Of a DNA stretch of 64,000 nucleotides, positions 1 to 14,612 are shown piece by piece. Every line of letters starts with the position of its first letter. Position 1 is the first letter of the stretch. Under the pieces are notes generated by a model. The model was not told where the DNA came from and ran no database searches. It saw nothing but the letters and a program-made list of their open reading frames with translations. Origin of the DNA: Eledone cirrhosa (taxonomy: Eukaryota); contig OZ024741.1 of NCBI GenBank assembly GCA_964016885.1, forward strand, positions 312,046,001 to 312,110,000, read 5' to 3'. The position numbers were made by a program, and so were the translations under genes.

Positions 1-270
1 GCTTGTTTGTTTATCTTATTTTATTTTGTCTTCTTTGCGCATGCGTTTGCGTGTGTGTATAGTGTTATGTGTGATGTGTGACTAGTGTGTATAGTGTTGT
101 GTCTGCTGGGTGACTAGTGTGTGTTTATGTGCTTGTTGTTATTGTGCTTGTGTATGTATTTATTTATCTTATTTTATTTTATTTTATTTACTTATTTATA
201 CTTCTCTTAGGTCAGTGTTGTTTGTTTGGGTGTTGTTGTTGTTCCACTCATTCTTTCTGTTTAGCTGTGA
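1..270 (-). mobile_element. 3' fragment of PLE family A (C-terminus and 3' UTR)
   Basis: Minus strand encodes QLNRKNEWNN, like KLNRKYEWNS in ORF 42372-42641. The UTR closely matches 24250-24497. Confidence 0.7.
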
Positions 271-274
271 GTGT

Positions 275-3200
275 GACAATAGGAAACGATGAAACATTTC
301 CAATCGGAGGAGACCTCTGAGGGTTGCTCGTGGAGAAAGCCCATAAGAAAAGCCACAGGCAGCCTGACCGCTAGGGCAAATGCCCTCTTCCAGTTTTTCT
401 CCCACGATGCTACAGGCACATGCTCAGGGTAGACCCATTCACACGGGCCATTCTTGCCTCTCTCACTCACCTTTATACAAACTGGCTCGAAGTCAGCACT
501 TCTCTCTCTACCTTGATTTTCATCTTCAGGTGAAACTTGAAAAAAGTTAATAAGGGCATCACCGAAAGTATCCGTCTTCAACACTTTCAGACGTGCCACC
601 ATACAATCTCATTTACCATGGCCACTAAGCAGATAAAAACTCACTCCCCTTCTCGGCTAAAGGAAGGCGGCGGGGCAATTTTCACGATGGACTCAGCTGA
701 TAGCCGGATCCGTTCTACACGTGACTGCAGGTGCTGGGCATAAACCCACAAAAGTCAGCAATGCTCGGATACTGGTCGAGTGCGTACACGACGGTTTCAT
801 CGCCCTGTACGCAGCTCTAACAAGCCCGGCTGACGGCACTTCCATGCCTGTAGAGTTTATCCCGAACTTGAAAGCTTCTCGGTAGCACTGCCAAACCAGG
901 GATTTCTGGAAGTTGTCCATAGGGCCCGGCCCGAAAGTTCTCCCGAAGAGATTGGCTAGTTGATTTTCGTCGACACCTAGTGTCTTCCCAAGTACGTCGT
1001 CACTCTTCCACTCCACTAATGCTCTATAGAACGACAAGGTGGTGTTTCCACTGATCGCATTGCCCGATTGGTTGAGCGCTGTGAACGCCTGTGAACGTTG
1101 TGAACGCCTGGAGACACCAAGCGCTCCCTCTCGGTCTACACTTGACCCAGGACTGCAGCTTCGTCAAGGAGACGAGCTGGGGAAACACGCGTCTAGCAAA
1201 CGGCGACCACATCTGATATCCATCGAGGAAAAGGTGGAGATGTCGTAGCCTCCGTGCCTGTCTGCGCATCATCAGCCACGGCATGCCCAGCCCTCCACGT
1301 AGCGGGTGTTGAGAGTATATGAACCGCCTGACCATCGGAGCACGGCCCTTCCACAATGAGCAAACCTTCCAGTGCAGTCAGGCTAGGCTTAGGACAAGGC
1401 ACGACGGTCAAGTGGTAGTAGATGACGGACGCGACCACTCGATCTTTCAGGGATAGCTTCCTCTCCTCCTAATTCTGGCTGAGAGAAGCCACCCTGTTCG
1501 TCACCTTCTCTCAGTTTTTGACCGTCTGGAGGTTGTTCCGAAGCAGACCCCTAGCAATTTAATCGGTCGGCACGTCCAGCGCCCGACGACTGTGTTGGAC
1601 GGCATGGACTTGCCTCTCCACGTACCGAGCTGCAGGCCCACCAACCTTTCCTGGTTGATCATTGCTCTTGTCACCGCCTCGTATTCTCTTAGTGTAGTGC
1701 CTTTCACCTCGATGTGTTTGGCGTTCGACACCACTATGGTGACATCGTTTGCATATGCTGACACGGAACTTCCGCATCCTAGTTCGTGCGGGACGCCCCT
1801 CAACGTCTCCGGTTTGTGCAGTAATAGCCCTAGTGTCAATACGTACAACAGGGACGAGGGGGAACATCCTTGGTGGACCGAGAGCATGATATTGAACGAT
1901 TCACTCTCACCACAGAACAGATGTCACTGTGCATCGCAGCAATCCAGCCTCTGAAGACGGGCCCCAAACCAGCCGCCCTCAGGATTGCCGCCAGATAACT
2001 TTGGTCGACCCTATCGAAAGTTTTCGACTGATCCAAATTGAGTAAGGACCCACCCCTGCCAGGTTCCGTAGCTACCCTCTCCACGATGTATCGCATTAAG
2101 TGAAGATTGTCGTGGAGGGATCAGTCTGCGCCTATCCTACCAGCCCACCAATGACAAGCGCCAACATCTTTGTTAGCACCTTGGCCAAATCTTGAACTTT
2201 GTGTTGATCAGAGTTATGGGCCTGAAATTATCTATGTTATACCCTTGTTCGGATCGTTTCTCAGCAGCGTCACCGCTTCTTGGCTCACAGAACTGGGAAT
2301 TCACCCGTTCTGTTGCAAAATGCAGTAGACCTCTGCCAAGAAGTCTCCGTACATGTCTGGTATGTGTACGTAAAGTAAGTAGGGCAGACCATCGAAACCA
2401 GGGGATTTACCCCTTGTGCAGCCAATCATTGCCTCTGACAACGCAGCCTTATGTTTTGCAGTGAAAAATTGGTCGAAGGCAAATTTCGCCGCAAACACGT
2501 ATGTCGCGATGCCTTCACTAAGGGCCTCGTCTAATTTTCTAACTAGTTCTCACTCTCCTTTATTTTCTCCTATTGTTAACGCCTTACTAAACCTAATGTA
2601 CTCATTCTAATCGCTCTTTTCAGGGCAAACCACCATTTGTTGTTGACGATGGCCCCCGTTATTGCCCACTTAACTAATTCGCTAATCCGGTTTCTGTAGG
2701 CCTCGCGCGCTGTTAACGACGCGTGTAGCTTCCAATAGACGGGTCCCTTTCTATAAAGCCTATCTAATTCAACCACACAGATTACGAATTTGTGGTCAAT
2801 GAAGTCGACTATTTTGAATTGTGGACAGCCTATGTTAGACCTATCTATTCCCTTACAAAATACCCTGTCTAGATATGATCTGGATGACCCGATGCGGTTT
2901 GTCCATGTCCACACTGGCACATTCGGGAAATGTAGTCGGTATCTGTCAGACAGTTCAAAACGTCTGAGCAGGTTTTCGAGGCTTTTACACACTCCTTTCC
3001 TATCCTCTTATCTCACACAGTGCCAGCATACATCTAAGATCCCGTTCCAGTCGCCCACTAACACTAAAGAGCGGGACGTTCCAAGAAAGGTCTCCAGACG
3101 CTGGAAGATATCAGGCCACCCTGCTCCTGTCGGGGCATAGACGGCCACTAGCCTGAAAGCTTGCCCTTCTCCACTGGTCACGTCCTGCACCACCAGCTTA

Positions 3201-5544
3201 CCATATAGGTGCAGGAAGATGGCCCGTATGGCGAGATCCAAGCCTCTCCGAAAAAGCACAACTCCTGCCCCGATCCTGAATTTCTTGCAGATGCAAATAT
3301 ATCGTAGCCGCCGAATATCGGTGCGAAGGCCCGTGCTTCGGAGATTCTGGTCTCACTGATGGCCACCACACCTATGTTTAGTGACCTGAGGTCGTTGAGC
3401 AGGTGGCCGTGTTTCCATGACGACCCCAGGCCACGCGCATTTATGCTGCCTATTCTGAGTAAGGTCAAGAAGTGGAAAAAAATGGGAAAGATCACTTACC
3501 TCACTTCTTGTGGAGGAAGGATGATTTTTCTGTCCTTCTCACTGCTTGTGTCTCCCTCCGGAAGGATTTCTTTATAAAACTTCCTGGAATGTGTTTGTCG
3601 GAAGTCTCCGATGTCCTTGGGGAATTTTAATTTTAGTGTTGTGTATGTTTTCTGTGTGATGCAAGTGATTTGTATGTGTGTGTGTGTTGTGAATTTTTGG
3701 GGTGATGTATAGTCTTATTTCGAGATGTTGGTGTTGTGTTCGTTGTAATGTAACAATTGGTTCTTGTTCAAATTTAATACTGTATAGTGTGTATCGGTTT
3801 GGTTGCTTTGTTTTGTTTGCGTTTCTTGTGGGTTTATTTCTGTTTCGCTTGTTGGTGATTTTTGTGCTGTTGGTGATGGTGGTGTTGCGGTTGATGATGG
3901 TGATGGTGTTGGTGTCCGTGGTCATGGGGCTGGTGGTGCTGGTCTGGATGGTGGCATAGCTGTCTTAATTTTGTGTTAGTTAGTTTGTTTGTTAGTTTGT
4001 CCTGCACTTAGTTTTGGAGGGCGAAGGAAGAGGCTTATTTTCTGGTTTCTTCTTTTTTTTCCAGATACAGTTTCCTATTCCTCCTCGTCTTCACAGTCTC
4101 TCTCCAGTTGTGAGAGGTCGGGGAGTGGAAAATCCTCCACAAGCGTTGGTTGTGGCGTGCTGGATGGTGGAGGAGCTGGTGCTTATTCTGGCGCAGAGGG
4201 TGGTGTCAGTGATGGTCTTGCTACTGCCACTGCTACTGTTGCTGTTGTCCTTGCTGCTACAGTTGTTGCTGCCATTTCTGCTGCTGGTTTTGATGGTTGA
4301 GTCACTGGGGTGGGCAGGTGAGGTGGCCTCAACTTTTTAGGTGATGGCAAAAGGCCTTTATGTAGGTTCCTTCGCCACAAACAACACACCTAGGCCTTCG
4401 ACCCTCAACGATTACGGTGAGGTGGCTGCCGTCATTGAGATCTATCGCCTCTGGAATCTCTAGGATGTTCCTTAAGTCCGCTTGGATCAGGAGCTCTATC
4501 CCATATCCGCACCAGTTCTCCTGTTTTACTTTGATTACCTAGATTACTTTTGTGTCAGCCTCCATATCGGCGAGGACGGCAGACATTAGCCAGGGAATTT
4601 CAATGGCCATGGAGTGCACTCTGGCTTCCTGTGGGGTTTCAAAGAACACGTTCACGGTTCCATATTTTGTCCACGCCTGATGTGGGCTTTGTGAGCCCAA
4701 ACATGTCCCAAAGCCTTTTGGATCAGGGACTCGGCTGCCCGCTCCACTCGGCGTTTTTTATATTTATTGTGCGAAATGATACGGTGCATAGACGCCGATG
4801 CTCCAAGGTATTAGATTGGTTGATCCTGTAACCATATTTTTTAACATTCGTTTGGCTTCATTCAATTCTTCCTGGATACAATTCTTCGGGGATAGCCTTG
4901 ATACACTCCTGGTCAGTTTGTATTGGCATTTGCATGCCTATACCTGACCAGTTCTCTCTTCCTATTGTCTCTACTTGCAACATGGTCGTCCTGTCCTCGA
5001 TATCCAGCAAGGACAGGCGTGGCTAGCAAAGGTATGAGCAAATCGGGTGGGACCGGGTCACTTTGACCCTCACAATTTTCTGCCCACAGTAGGAGGGCAT
5101 CAATACTTACTCCTCACTCTGTAGGGTTACCAAAGTGTGAGACTTCGCCTCCTGCGAAGTGGCAAAGAGTACGTCTACTGTGGCATTTTTTTTCCTCGTG
5201 TGATGTGGATTTTCCGCGCCCAGAAGCCCGCCAAGGCCTTTTGGATTTGAGCCTCCGTGGCTCTCTCCACCCGATGTGACATTTTTATTACAGTGCGGTA
5301 TATCACCATCCGTAACTGCTGGTCTTTGAAATAATCGGGTGGAGGTTTCAGGGAGACTCGATTGGCATTTCTTGTCACCATGGCCCTTGTGACTGCCATC
5401 TCCTCCTCCGTGACTAGCACTGTTTCGATATTTCGGGCCGCACCTGCAAAGGAAGCGGCCCCTGTTTCAGCGGTACCACTATTGCTGTCGGTACTGCTGC
5501 CGCTACTGGTCTTGCTGTTGGTGCTGGGATCGTTGTTACTGGTA
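275..5544 (-). mobile_element. Decayed L1/Tx1-like LINE (ORF1 + APE-RT ORF2), copy 1
   Basis: Frameshifted fragments: APE (IGSINARGL, VAISETR, LVGDWNG, SYLDR), RT (KSPGFDGLP, LDQSKTFDRV, QGCSPS, YAND) and a C-terminal zf-RVT-like region. ORF1 has a degenerate zinc knuckle CVVCGEGTYIKAFC at ~4347-4390. Confidence 0.9.
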
Positions 5545-5884
5545 GTAGCAGAAAAACCACCCTTCTGGTGGTTTTCTGCTAGCATGTGTAGTGTGTATAT
5601 TTATATTATACGCAGGTATATATACATGTAGATACACATCAAATAAAATCGTAATTGACAATATATAATACATAGAATTTGAACGAAGTCTGCATTACAC
5701 TAGTTATTTAATCAATAACGTAATCCATGATACATTAAAAAAGACGATATTATATATAAACTGCATGAGGAGAACATTAGTGACAGAAAATTAGTATGTT
5801 TATTTAAGCGATCGCCAAATGGAAGTGTTGACATTTCAGAAATTTTAAAGAAGTACCGCGCTACTTTCTTCATTATAGTTTAGA
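5545..5884 (-). mobile_element. Non-autonomous Helitron truncating LINE ORF1
   Basis: 5' TCTAAACTATAAT on minus strand. 3' palindrome AGCAGAAAA..TTTTCTGCT. Homologous to 27026-27505 and 14613-15022. Confidence 0.7.
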
Positions 5885-6175
5885 TGAGTTTAAAATAAAA
5901 GATTTAATAAATAAATAGAGTTAATAAATAAATGAAAAGTTATACTTGTTTTACCCTCCCATTTCCAATTAAACCGAACGCTATCATGACTGTATGTGTG
6001 TGTATATGTAAGTGTATATGTGTGAATCTATGTATGTTTGTGTGAAAGTATATGTGTGAATGTATGTATATTTGTGTGAAAGTATGTATGTTTGTGTGAA
6101 AGTATGTGTATTTGAGTGAATTATGTTTGGGAAAGTGTATTTTTATAAATTTGTGTTTGCGCGATTATAGTTATA

Positions 6176-9100
6176 CTAGCAGTTTAGCCCGGCGTTGTTC
6201 GGGTTTGTTCATTTGCTATGAAAAGTTACATACAGGCAAACGTGGCTTGAAAGCGAATAAGCTTATCAATTAAGTGCATAAAGCAGTTGATCCGGTTATT
6301 AAAAGTTACGAACCAATTAACCATTTGGACAAAAATAATGGTGGGTCAATAATCTTCCAATAGCGAATTTAGTAGACCAAATTGCAAGATGCCGCTGGGT
6401 GTCAGATCTGTCCGCCTTGGATGACCCTACCAGGAAATAGTTTTCCAGACGGCATAGCTCCAACACCTCCAACACCTGCATCAACATCCATAGCACCTCT
6501 TTGTAGGCGATATTGCGTATCATCCCTTGAGGAGTGTAAGCAAAAAGTCCATTGCTTCTCCCTACGCGGGAACAGGCAACATAAAGTTGACCATGGGAGA
6601 AGGATGGCTCCCCCAAATGGATTCCCGCCACCGACAATGTTTGTCCTTGTGAATTGTTAATGGACATGGCAAAACATGGTCTCCCCGGGAATTGGGATCG
6701 TCGGAAATCGAACGGGATATCTGACGTCGAGGGGAAAAGGTTCATCCTTGGAATGAAAACATTCTCCCCTCTTCCGCACTCCGTTACAATGGTGGTCTCA
6801 ATCAAGTGGGGCATCAGTGACTTGACGACCATGTGAGTACCGTTGCACTGCTTTGGTGGATGCAAGTTCCTTATTAGCATAATGGGACAGCCAACCCTAA
6901 GCTTAAGAATGTGAGGTGGGAGCCCTGGGGGCTCAAGGGAATTTAATATCTCCACCGGATAATTAACGATATCGTCGGGGTCTGACGTCAGGTCGATAGA
7001 TTTGAAGATGTGCTCTTTACCGGGAATCTTCTCAATGAACTGCTCGTTAATAAAATTAACCATGGTATTTTTCGGAGCAAGGATGGCTCTTTCGCTGAGC
7101 CAATCGAGGTTTTTAAAGTTAGGTGAGACATTAGGAAAAACTGCTTCCCAAAGGTGAGAAGGGCTGCTCACAATGTTGCGCAGGCAGTCGATTGCTATGC
7201 CACCCTTGTCATCAGCAGAGACCTTACCTTAACCAAGTGCTAAAATGTTCTGAGCAAATGCTGCAGACATGTTGTCACCATGCAAATGAGCACGCATATT
7301 TGTGCTCAGGTATAAACTCTTCACCTGGAGCCACAACATGGACGACTACAGGCAGCACGCACTTCATCAGATCTTGTCCCTTTGGGGATCATAGGCAGCG
7401 TTTGCCGAAAATCTCCTGATAGCAGAACGGTTACGCCACCCATAGGAGCTGTAAAATCCCTAATGTCTTTTAGGGTCATGTCCAATGCCTCAAGGGCACA
7501 CTTGTGTGCCATTGTACACTCATCCCAAACAATGAGGCAACATTTTTTGAGAACCAGAGCTTCGTGTGAACTCTTGCTGATATTGGATGATGGTGTCTCA
7601 GTTTTTACTAAATCCAATGGGAGTTTAAAGGTTGAATGTGCTGTCCTGCGTCCCGGCAGCAAAGTAGCAGAGATCACGGACGTTGTAACGGCCAATGCAA
7701 TTTGTTTCTCCTGACGAATCTTAGCGAGAATCAATTTCGTTACAAATGTTTTTCCGGTACCCCCAGGAGCATCGAGAAAGTAAATATCCCCAGTCTGATT
7801 TTGAACCGCGTCAATGATAATTAAATAGGCCAACCTTTGGTCCGACAGAAGTTTTCCTCTAAGCATTGGGAAAGAGATTCGATGTCATATGCTGTTTCAC
7901 GCAACAAATCCGGGGCCAACGTATTAGCTTCCTCTCTGACGGTTGACGGCAAGCCATACGTCGCCAACACACTCCCACCCATGTCGAGGAGGGTGTCCTC
8001 GATATCAATGATTGCCCTGTAGATAATGTCGCTGTAACCAACTTCCACTGAAGGATACTGCAGATAAGCCAGGCGCAGGAAGTCCTCAGACATGAAGTCC
8101 CTGTACTTGACCCATATTGACACTTTTGAAGCAAAATGGCAAAGAGTTCCCGTAGACCTTTAGGTGATTTCAACAAAGCAACCTCTGTTAAAGTGAATCC
8201 CATTGCGAATCATCTTCCAAAAGACCACGCTTAAAGCAGGCTTCCCGGTACGTATCACATATTTCTCCATCAACAGTTTGTGGGCCTACAACTTCATGCA
8301 GAAGAAGGCGGAGATGAAAGCACACATGCTGACTTGGGGGCACAGTGAAAACCCTTCCCAGACAGCTGTCAAAATTTACACCAGGATGTCTTTCAACAGC
8401 CTGACCTGACTTTCTTCGCCCCCAAGTGTTTTTCGACGATATAAAGTAGGATGGAACCTGGGGGTACACAATTGTTTGCGCAAATGTATCGAACTGACAA
8501 AGTTTGAAGAAACCCGTCAGAGTGGTCTTTTTCGGATCGGCGGCCAACTTTGCGGCGGTTTGGTCCGTAAAGTAAACCCTTTGCCCATTTTCCAAATGTA
8601 CCGCACGCTGTACGATGGTGGGGTGCCGTTGGTGTAGGGGTAAACCAAATAAGCACCAAAAAGCTTCATTGCTACTGATGTACCGCCCCGCCAGGTATTC
8701 TGTGACCTCATACCTGCTATTTTCAGCTTGAAATGCGAACATTGCGGCACCAGAGCCCTTATTTACATATTTGCATATGTATTTTATCGACTGCACGGAG
8801 TTGCAAAACTCAAAGTTGATGTGGGTATTGAACATCTTCAAGAGAAGCGGGCAGTAAGGGACGACCCATCTATTATCGAACTGACCTCCCTTTACAGTTG
8901 TGGTGAAGCCACCGTTCTCGGGTCGTCTCCGCCTGTACAAGGGGTACCCGTCACCACCAGTCTGAGTCTGGTCAACAAATTGTTTTGGGTATCCCTTACT
9001 GCACGACCCCCTTTCAGACACGTGTGATCCTTATTAGGACCCGACTCCACACGGACCATGTTAGCTTTGACGATGTCATGTAATTCCTGGTCAGTTGCTG

Positions 9101-10195
9101 GGTTAGGGATTTCAGCCGAAATGAAGCTGTCTATGAATTGATTTTATCAGTTAACCAAATCAAAATGTGAACATTTGGCAACCCTCGTTTTTGCCATTCG
9201 ACGGTGAACATGTCACATTTTACAGCCCAAATACCTGACCTTCTTTGATTAAAGCCATGAGTTTAGCTAGTTTCAGTCTGAACACTCTGGTAATGAGGTC
9301 ATGTCTGTTCGAATAATTTTGCCCAGGAAATAGTTCACGGGTTACATTCCGATTCATATGTCTATAGCATTAATCTGTTATCTGAAGTGTTATTTTGTGG
9401 GTTGTTATTTGCAATAAGCCGATTGAAAATGCCCCAGATAAGCCGTATGTAAATACGGAATGCTCAACATGGAACGCTCAATACGTACGCTCCACTGCAG
9501 TGTTGTCATATAGGGAGTGAAGAGTGACAGAGAGAGAAAAGCATCTAAATTATAGAGGGAGGGAATATACGGAACGCTCCATTTGAATATACACACTGTT
9601 TCTCTCTCTGCAGTGCTGTCATATAGGGAGTGAAGAGCGACAGAGAGAGTAAAGTAGATAAATTATAGAGAGGGGGAATGATCTGATCGATTGTTGCCCT
9701 TATTGTTGATGGATTTGAAATTGTTTTACCTCCTGACCAAATCAATAATTGTCCCGACTTTGAATAAAATCCGTTGTAAATTGTGGACGTGCATACGTTA
9801 CAAACCTTAACAGACACATCCTCAGATTTATATATATAGATACTCATAATAGTTATATACTCGTACATATAGATGTTTGTATGTGCACAATCATACGCGT
9901 TAGGTGTAGAAAATCATAATCTCTCTATCTCTCCCATCACAAACTCTCTCTTTCTATATATATATTGGAGTTTAAATGGGGGTGGTGGCGACGATATACC
10001 GAAAGTGCAACTTTGAAAAGAAGTCAATTTGAAATTATTTATTTTTACGAAATTATTTTTGTTTACGAAATTTAGTAGATAAATTATGTAATATTCATTC
10101 ATTATTTATTCAAAGTAATCCAACTTATTTTACAAACGGGATAAAAAAAATAAACCGTACGCAATCGCGCAGATATTCCTTTATTATAGTTTAGA
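6176..10195 (-). mobile_element. Decayed autonomous Helitron (Rep/PIF1 helicase)
   Basis: Rep motif EWQKRGLPNVH (~9170-9205), KYICKYVNKG and RYISSNEAFW. PIF1 motifs DAPGGTGKTF, IVWDECTM, GDFRQTLP, SQGQTL and HGQLYVACSRV. 3' hairpin CCCG..CGGG (6188-6203) followed by CTAG (6176-6179). The 5' TC at 10195 is tentative. Confidence 0.9.
6317..9340 (-). pseudogene. Helitron RepHel pseudogene (ORFs 8188-9021, 7321-7866, 6317-7171 and others)
   Basis: Colinear Rep and helicase fragments split by frameshifts. The first His of the HUH motif reads as Asn. Confidence 0.85.
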
Positions 10196-10199
10196 TTGA

Positions 10200-10460
10200 T
10201 GTCATTGTTGTTGTTTCCGTTGGTACTGTTGTTGTTATTGTTGTCATTGTTGTTGTTTTCGTTGATACTGTTGCTGCTGTTACTGTTGTTGTAGCTGTTG
10301 TTATTGTTGTTTTTGTTGATACTGTTCCCACTGTTATTGTTGCTATAGCTGTTGTTATTGTCATTGTTATTGTCTTTCTCGACCTTATCGTTCTTATTTT
10401 TGTTGTTGCTGTTGTTATTGATGGTGGTGTTGTTGGTGTTATTTTTGGTGTTGTTTGTGT
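10200..10460. repeat. Degenerate (GTT)n simple repeat
   Basis: Directly visible. Confidence 0.8.
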
Positions 10461-10841
10461 AAGTAATATTTGGTAATTTTAAATCTGAAACAATAACACT
10501 AACAAATATATTGTTCCTCTTTTCCTTCGTAATATTTTATTTTATATTTACCTTCGCTAGAACGCTGTCTTGTTGATATGTTGACAAAGTCTCCCTCTCT
10601 CTGAGTTGTCTGACAACGCTCTCTCACTTTTTTTCACAAATGTTCACAAATTGTTTACATAATACGGCACCTCATAAAGGGGTGCCGTATTATTTACGAG
10701 TGAGCCCCTGTATTAGGTGGGTCACTTCTAATATTTTATTAAGTTTAAAACTTGAATAAAAGGTTAAGAACGGTCGAAGTCGATGAATACTGTTGAAAAA
10801 AAAACTGGAGCCGGTAAGAAGTGTGGCTTCACCGTCCATAA

Positions 10842-11265
10842 TCTATATATCTAAAACAGGAATGTCTGTCTATCTGTCTGTCTGTCTGATTCAAACTTTA
10901 CACATGTAATACCTATGGTCGTGTGAGTGTTTGAGCAAAACATATTTCGAATTTTCAATGTTCTAGGGAACGCATTAGGCGCCGTTTAGCGATCTCTCTA
11001 TAATTCTTAGTCTGTCTTTTTAGATAGATACATAGCTATGACGTCGCGCCCTTATAATATCTGTCTGTATGTCTAGCTGTATCCATTACGACATTATGAC
11101 ACTATCTGTGTGTGTATATATGTATATATATATATATAGTGTGTAACGTTTTTCGAAATATTTACTTCTGCGTTCACAGATTGATTTTTTTAGTTTCAGA
11201 AGATCCCGTTAAGGGTGAAAGCAGCGATTCTTTGCTTAAACTTTAATCTGTTATTTTAATATATA
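10842..11265 (+). mobile_element. Non-autonomous Helitron-like repeat (other copies 22160-22708 minus, 22961-23078 plus)
   Basis: 5' TCTATATATCTAAAACAGGAATGTCTGTC. Shares ~115-bp block ..TTCTGCGTTCACAGATTG..TTTAATCTGTTATTTTAAT with the other copies. Confidence 0.5.
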
Positions 11266-13267
11266 TGTATATATATATAATTATATATTCGTGTACATAT
11301 TTTTTTGCATATACAATAACAAAATATAAACAAACGTATTTATTTCACCAGGCTCGACAGCAGCAAAAACAACAACAAAAAAGAGAGGGAACGAAATTAC
11401 ATGCTTTTGAAAAATCTTAACGGAAAATTATTTTCCTATTCACCGAAGGAGACTTTACTTTTTATTAGGACTTCTGCATCAATTGGGGAACATACGACAA
11501 AACTGTTTCAGAAAAAGAGGGATAAACATGCCAATCTATGTTTAGAATCCCGACCAACGCCAGGCTATTCTGCTAGTATAACTATAATAAAGAAAGGAGT
11601 GCGGGACTGCATCCAGAATATAATTTTTTATCCAGTTTGTAAAATAAGTTGGATTACTTTGAATAATTAATGAATGAATATTAAATAATTTATCTACTAA
11701 ATTTCGTAAGACATGATTAAACATATATTAAAAATATTATTGCATAATTCAAGACTCACTTCTTTTAAAAAATTCAAATTTCAATAAATCCGGTATATCT
11801 ATACTATATATATAGAGATAGAGAGAGAGAGTGAAAGAGAAAGATGAAGCGAATTGGATTTATTTCAACAGGCTGATGTGTGTGCGTGTGTGTGTATGTA
11901 TGTTGTTCTTTGATTTTATAAAATTGGTAGAGCGAGAAAGATTGATTGTACGTGTGAGTATATAAAGAGAGTAGTGACTGTGACAGATCTATATATATAT
12001 ATCCTAAACGGACGGTAGTCCGTTTAGTAATATTGTTGTGGTCGTGTTTTCGTTGGTAATCGTCTGTTTGGACAGTACAGCGCGGCTCTACTTTATTTAA
12101 CTGAGATAAAACTTATATGAGCATGAACAGTAGATCATTACGCATCTTTTGGCTTAAAAATCTAGAAATTTGGTCCAGCGGGAAAAAGTTTATAATCAAA
12201 GTTTGCTGATAAATCTTGTGTTCAAGTGAGTGAGTACTAAGCGTGACGCTAGGGGAGGTAATCCAGAAATGACGACGTTTGGAAAAGTTTAATTACTGCA
12301 TGAAAGAAATGATTCAAAAATTGAACTTGCCCAATCTTCACAACATTGAAAATTGGTCAAAATTTGACAAATCTGACTTCAAACCAGATATGATTCATTT
12401 GAACAATGTTGGAAATCTTAAATTGACACAAATTTTTGCCAATGTTGTTGCCACCTGATCCTTGTTCTATGGCTGACTAATTTTGTGACTTAATAAAATG
12501 TCATCATACTAGTAATGCACAATGGTCATTTTTAAAATTAAATTTTATTAAATAGTTGTTGCTTGCATTGCCTTAAAATAGTAACAAGAATGTACACATA
12601 CTTATTAAAAATATATCATTATCAGTCAAATCAGTCAAATGTCACTAAAAGCCAGGTGGTCGATAACAACTACTATAAGATTAGTTACATGCTCACACAT
12701 TGGATCACGTCTTATCAATGGCATTGGGTGTCTGAGATAATCGTGGAGATAACTGATGAAGTCACAAATGAAGTGATGGTCTTCCAGTGTGAACAACTCC
12801 CTATATCCATTGATATATGTGATGGCTTCCGATTCATAGGTGCATTTTATGAGGAATTCCATGCATCCGATTTGCAGTGATTCAATGGGCATTTTATCAG
12901 AGATGATAAGGTATTTGACCACGTTTTGCTTTGTAAGTAAATTGGAGAGAATCACTGCAGTCAAAGTCATTTCTTTGCATGGGTTTTTGTCCATTCTAAA
13001 AAGTTAAAATGATAAAGTATTACTACTATATAACTTACATCTATTGTTGTAACACCATTGAAATGCACAAGTTTCACCAATTCACTAGTATGCACTAATC
13101 ATCTCAAATGCATTCATGATTTACTAGCTTTGTCATTAAGCCAGTTGCCTCAACTAGATTGCAATTATACTCAAAAGAACTTTAAAATGTCAATCACTTG
13201 TCAGTAATTCACTATGATCATTTAATTATTAGATAGTTGTTGCTTGCATTGCCTTAAAAAATAGTAG

Positions 13268-14320
13268 ACCAGATAGAAAAATGCGTACAGCAAAAAAAGT
13301 AATATTGTTGGAATATAAACCTTTAAAAATACAGGACAAGAAAGTAAAATAAAACTTTAAAAGAATAGGACAAGAAACTAAGATAAAACTTTAAAGAATT
13401 GGAGAAGAAATAAAAAATGTTACAATAATATTAGTGGCAACATTTTTGTATTCGTTTCCTGTGCTATGCCCCAGTATCTTCTTGATTATTGCATAATAAT
13501 TGTCATGCTCTCATTGTGCGTTGCCCCTGAGCGGTTGGTTCTGGTTGGGGTTTGTTGGCTGAGCAGGTCTGCTCCGTCAGAATGACCATTGCAAGAAGAA
13601 TTGGCCGATGCAGCTGCAGGTCTCCTCCAAGAATGCACTTCTGGTCCCGCAACACCAGACGAAGCTGAAGACGACCGGGACAAGATGTCGACTCTGACCA
13701 CCGACTACGGCACCTCCCTCAACCACCGGTCCTCCCTCCCTCTGTCCCGTCATCCCTCCAGTCCTCCTGCTCCCCCTTCCTGTACCAGAAAGCTGTGGCA
13801 CGCATTCATCTGGACTGCCGGACTTGAACTCAAGGACAAGATGCAAGGAGAAGATGGACGGGTTGGTCAAGATCAAGGATAAGCCGGACGACAAGACCGT
13901 CCGCTGCTGCTCAAGATCTGTGCTCATGGGCCCATGGGTCCATTCACATTATGCATGACACATGAGGCGTGTCGCCGAATGATGAAATAGGTGTATGGTT
14001 ATGGCCCAATGGTGTTCAAACCAGGATCAAATGATCCCCCCGGTCTGACGACGACCTCTGAATGTGGAACCCAGAGCCTATGAATGTGGAACTCGATTTT
14101 TTACCAATAAAGATTTTGCCACTAATATTATTGTAAAATTTTTTATTTCTTGTCCAATTCTTTAAAGTTTTATCTTAGTTTCTTGTCCTATTCTTTTAAA
14201 GTTCTATCTTAGTTTCTTGTCCTATTCTTTTAAAGTTTTATTTTAGTTTCTTGTCCTGTATTTTTAAAGGTTTATATTCCAACAATATTACTTTTTTTTG
14301 CTGTACGCATTTTTCTATCT

Positions 14321-14323
<3 letters not shown>
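13268..14323. mobile_element. Foldback/TIR element with ~175-205-bp inverted repeats containing ~35-bp subrepeats
   Basis: 13268-13440 is the reverse complement of 14117-14323. GC-richer interior. Confidence 0.75.
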
Positions 14324-14354
<31 letters not shown>

Positions 14355-14612
14355 AATTATAATCGCGCAAACACAAACTTATAAATATAAACGCTCAAGG
14401 ACATACAATCACACAAATACACATACTTTCAAGCATATGCATTTACACAAACACACATTCACACATATACATTTATACAAACACACACATACAGTCAAGA
14501 TAACAGCGTTCGGTGAATTGGAAATGGGAGGGTAAGGGTAATACAAGTTTTATTTATTTATTAACAACACAGTTAAACTCTTTTTTTTAAACTCATTTGT
14601 ATAAAAAACTGA

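Noticed and set aside
5175-5585. ORF as an intact LINE ORF1 start
   Set aside because: The N-terminal MLAENHQKGGFSA comes from the inserted Helitron end, so the ORF is chimeric.
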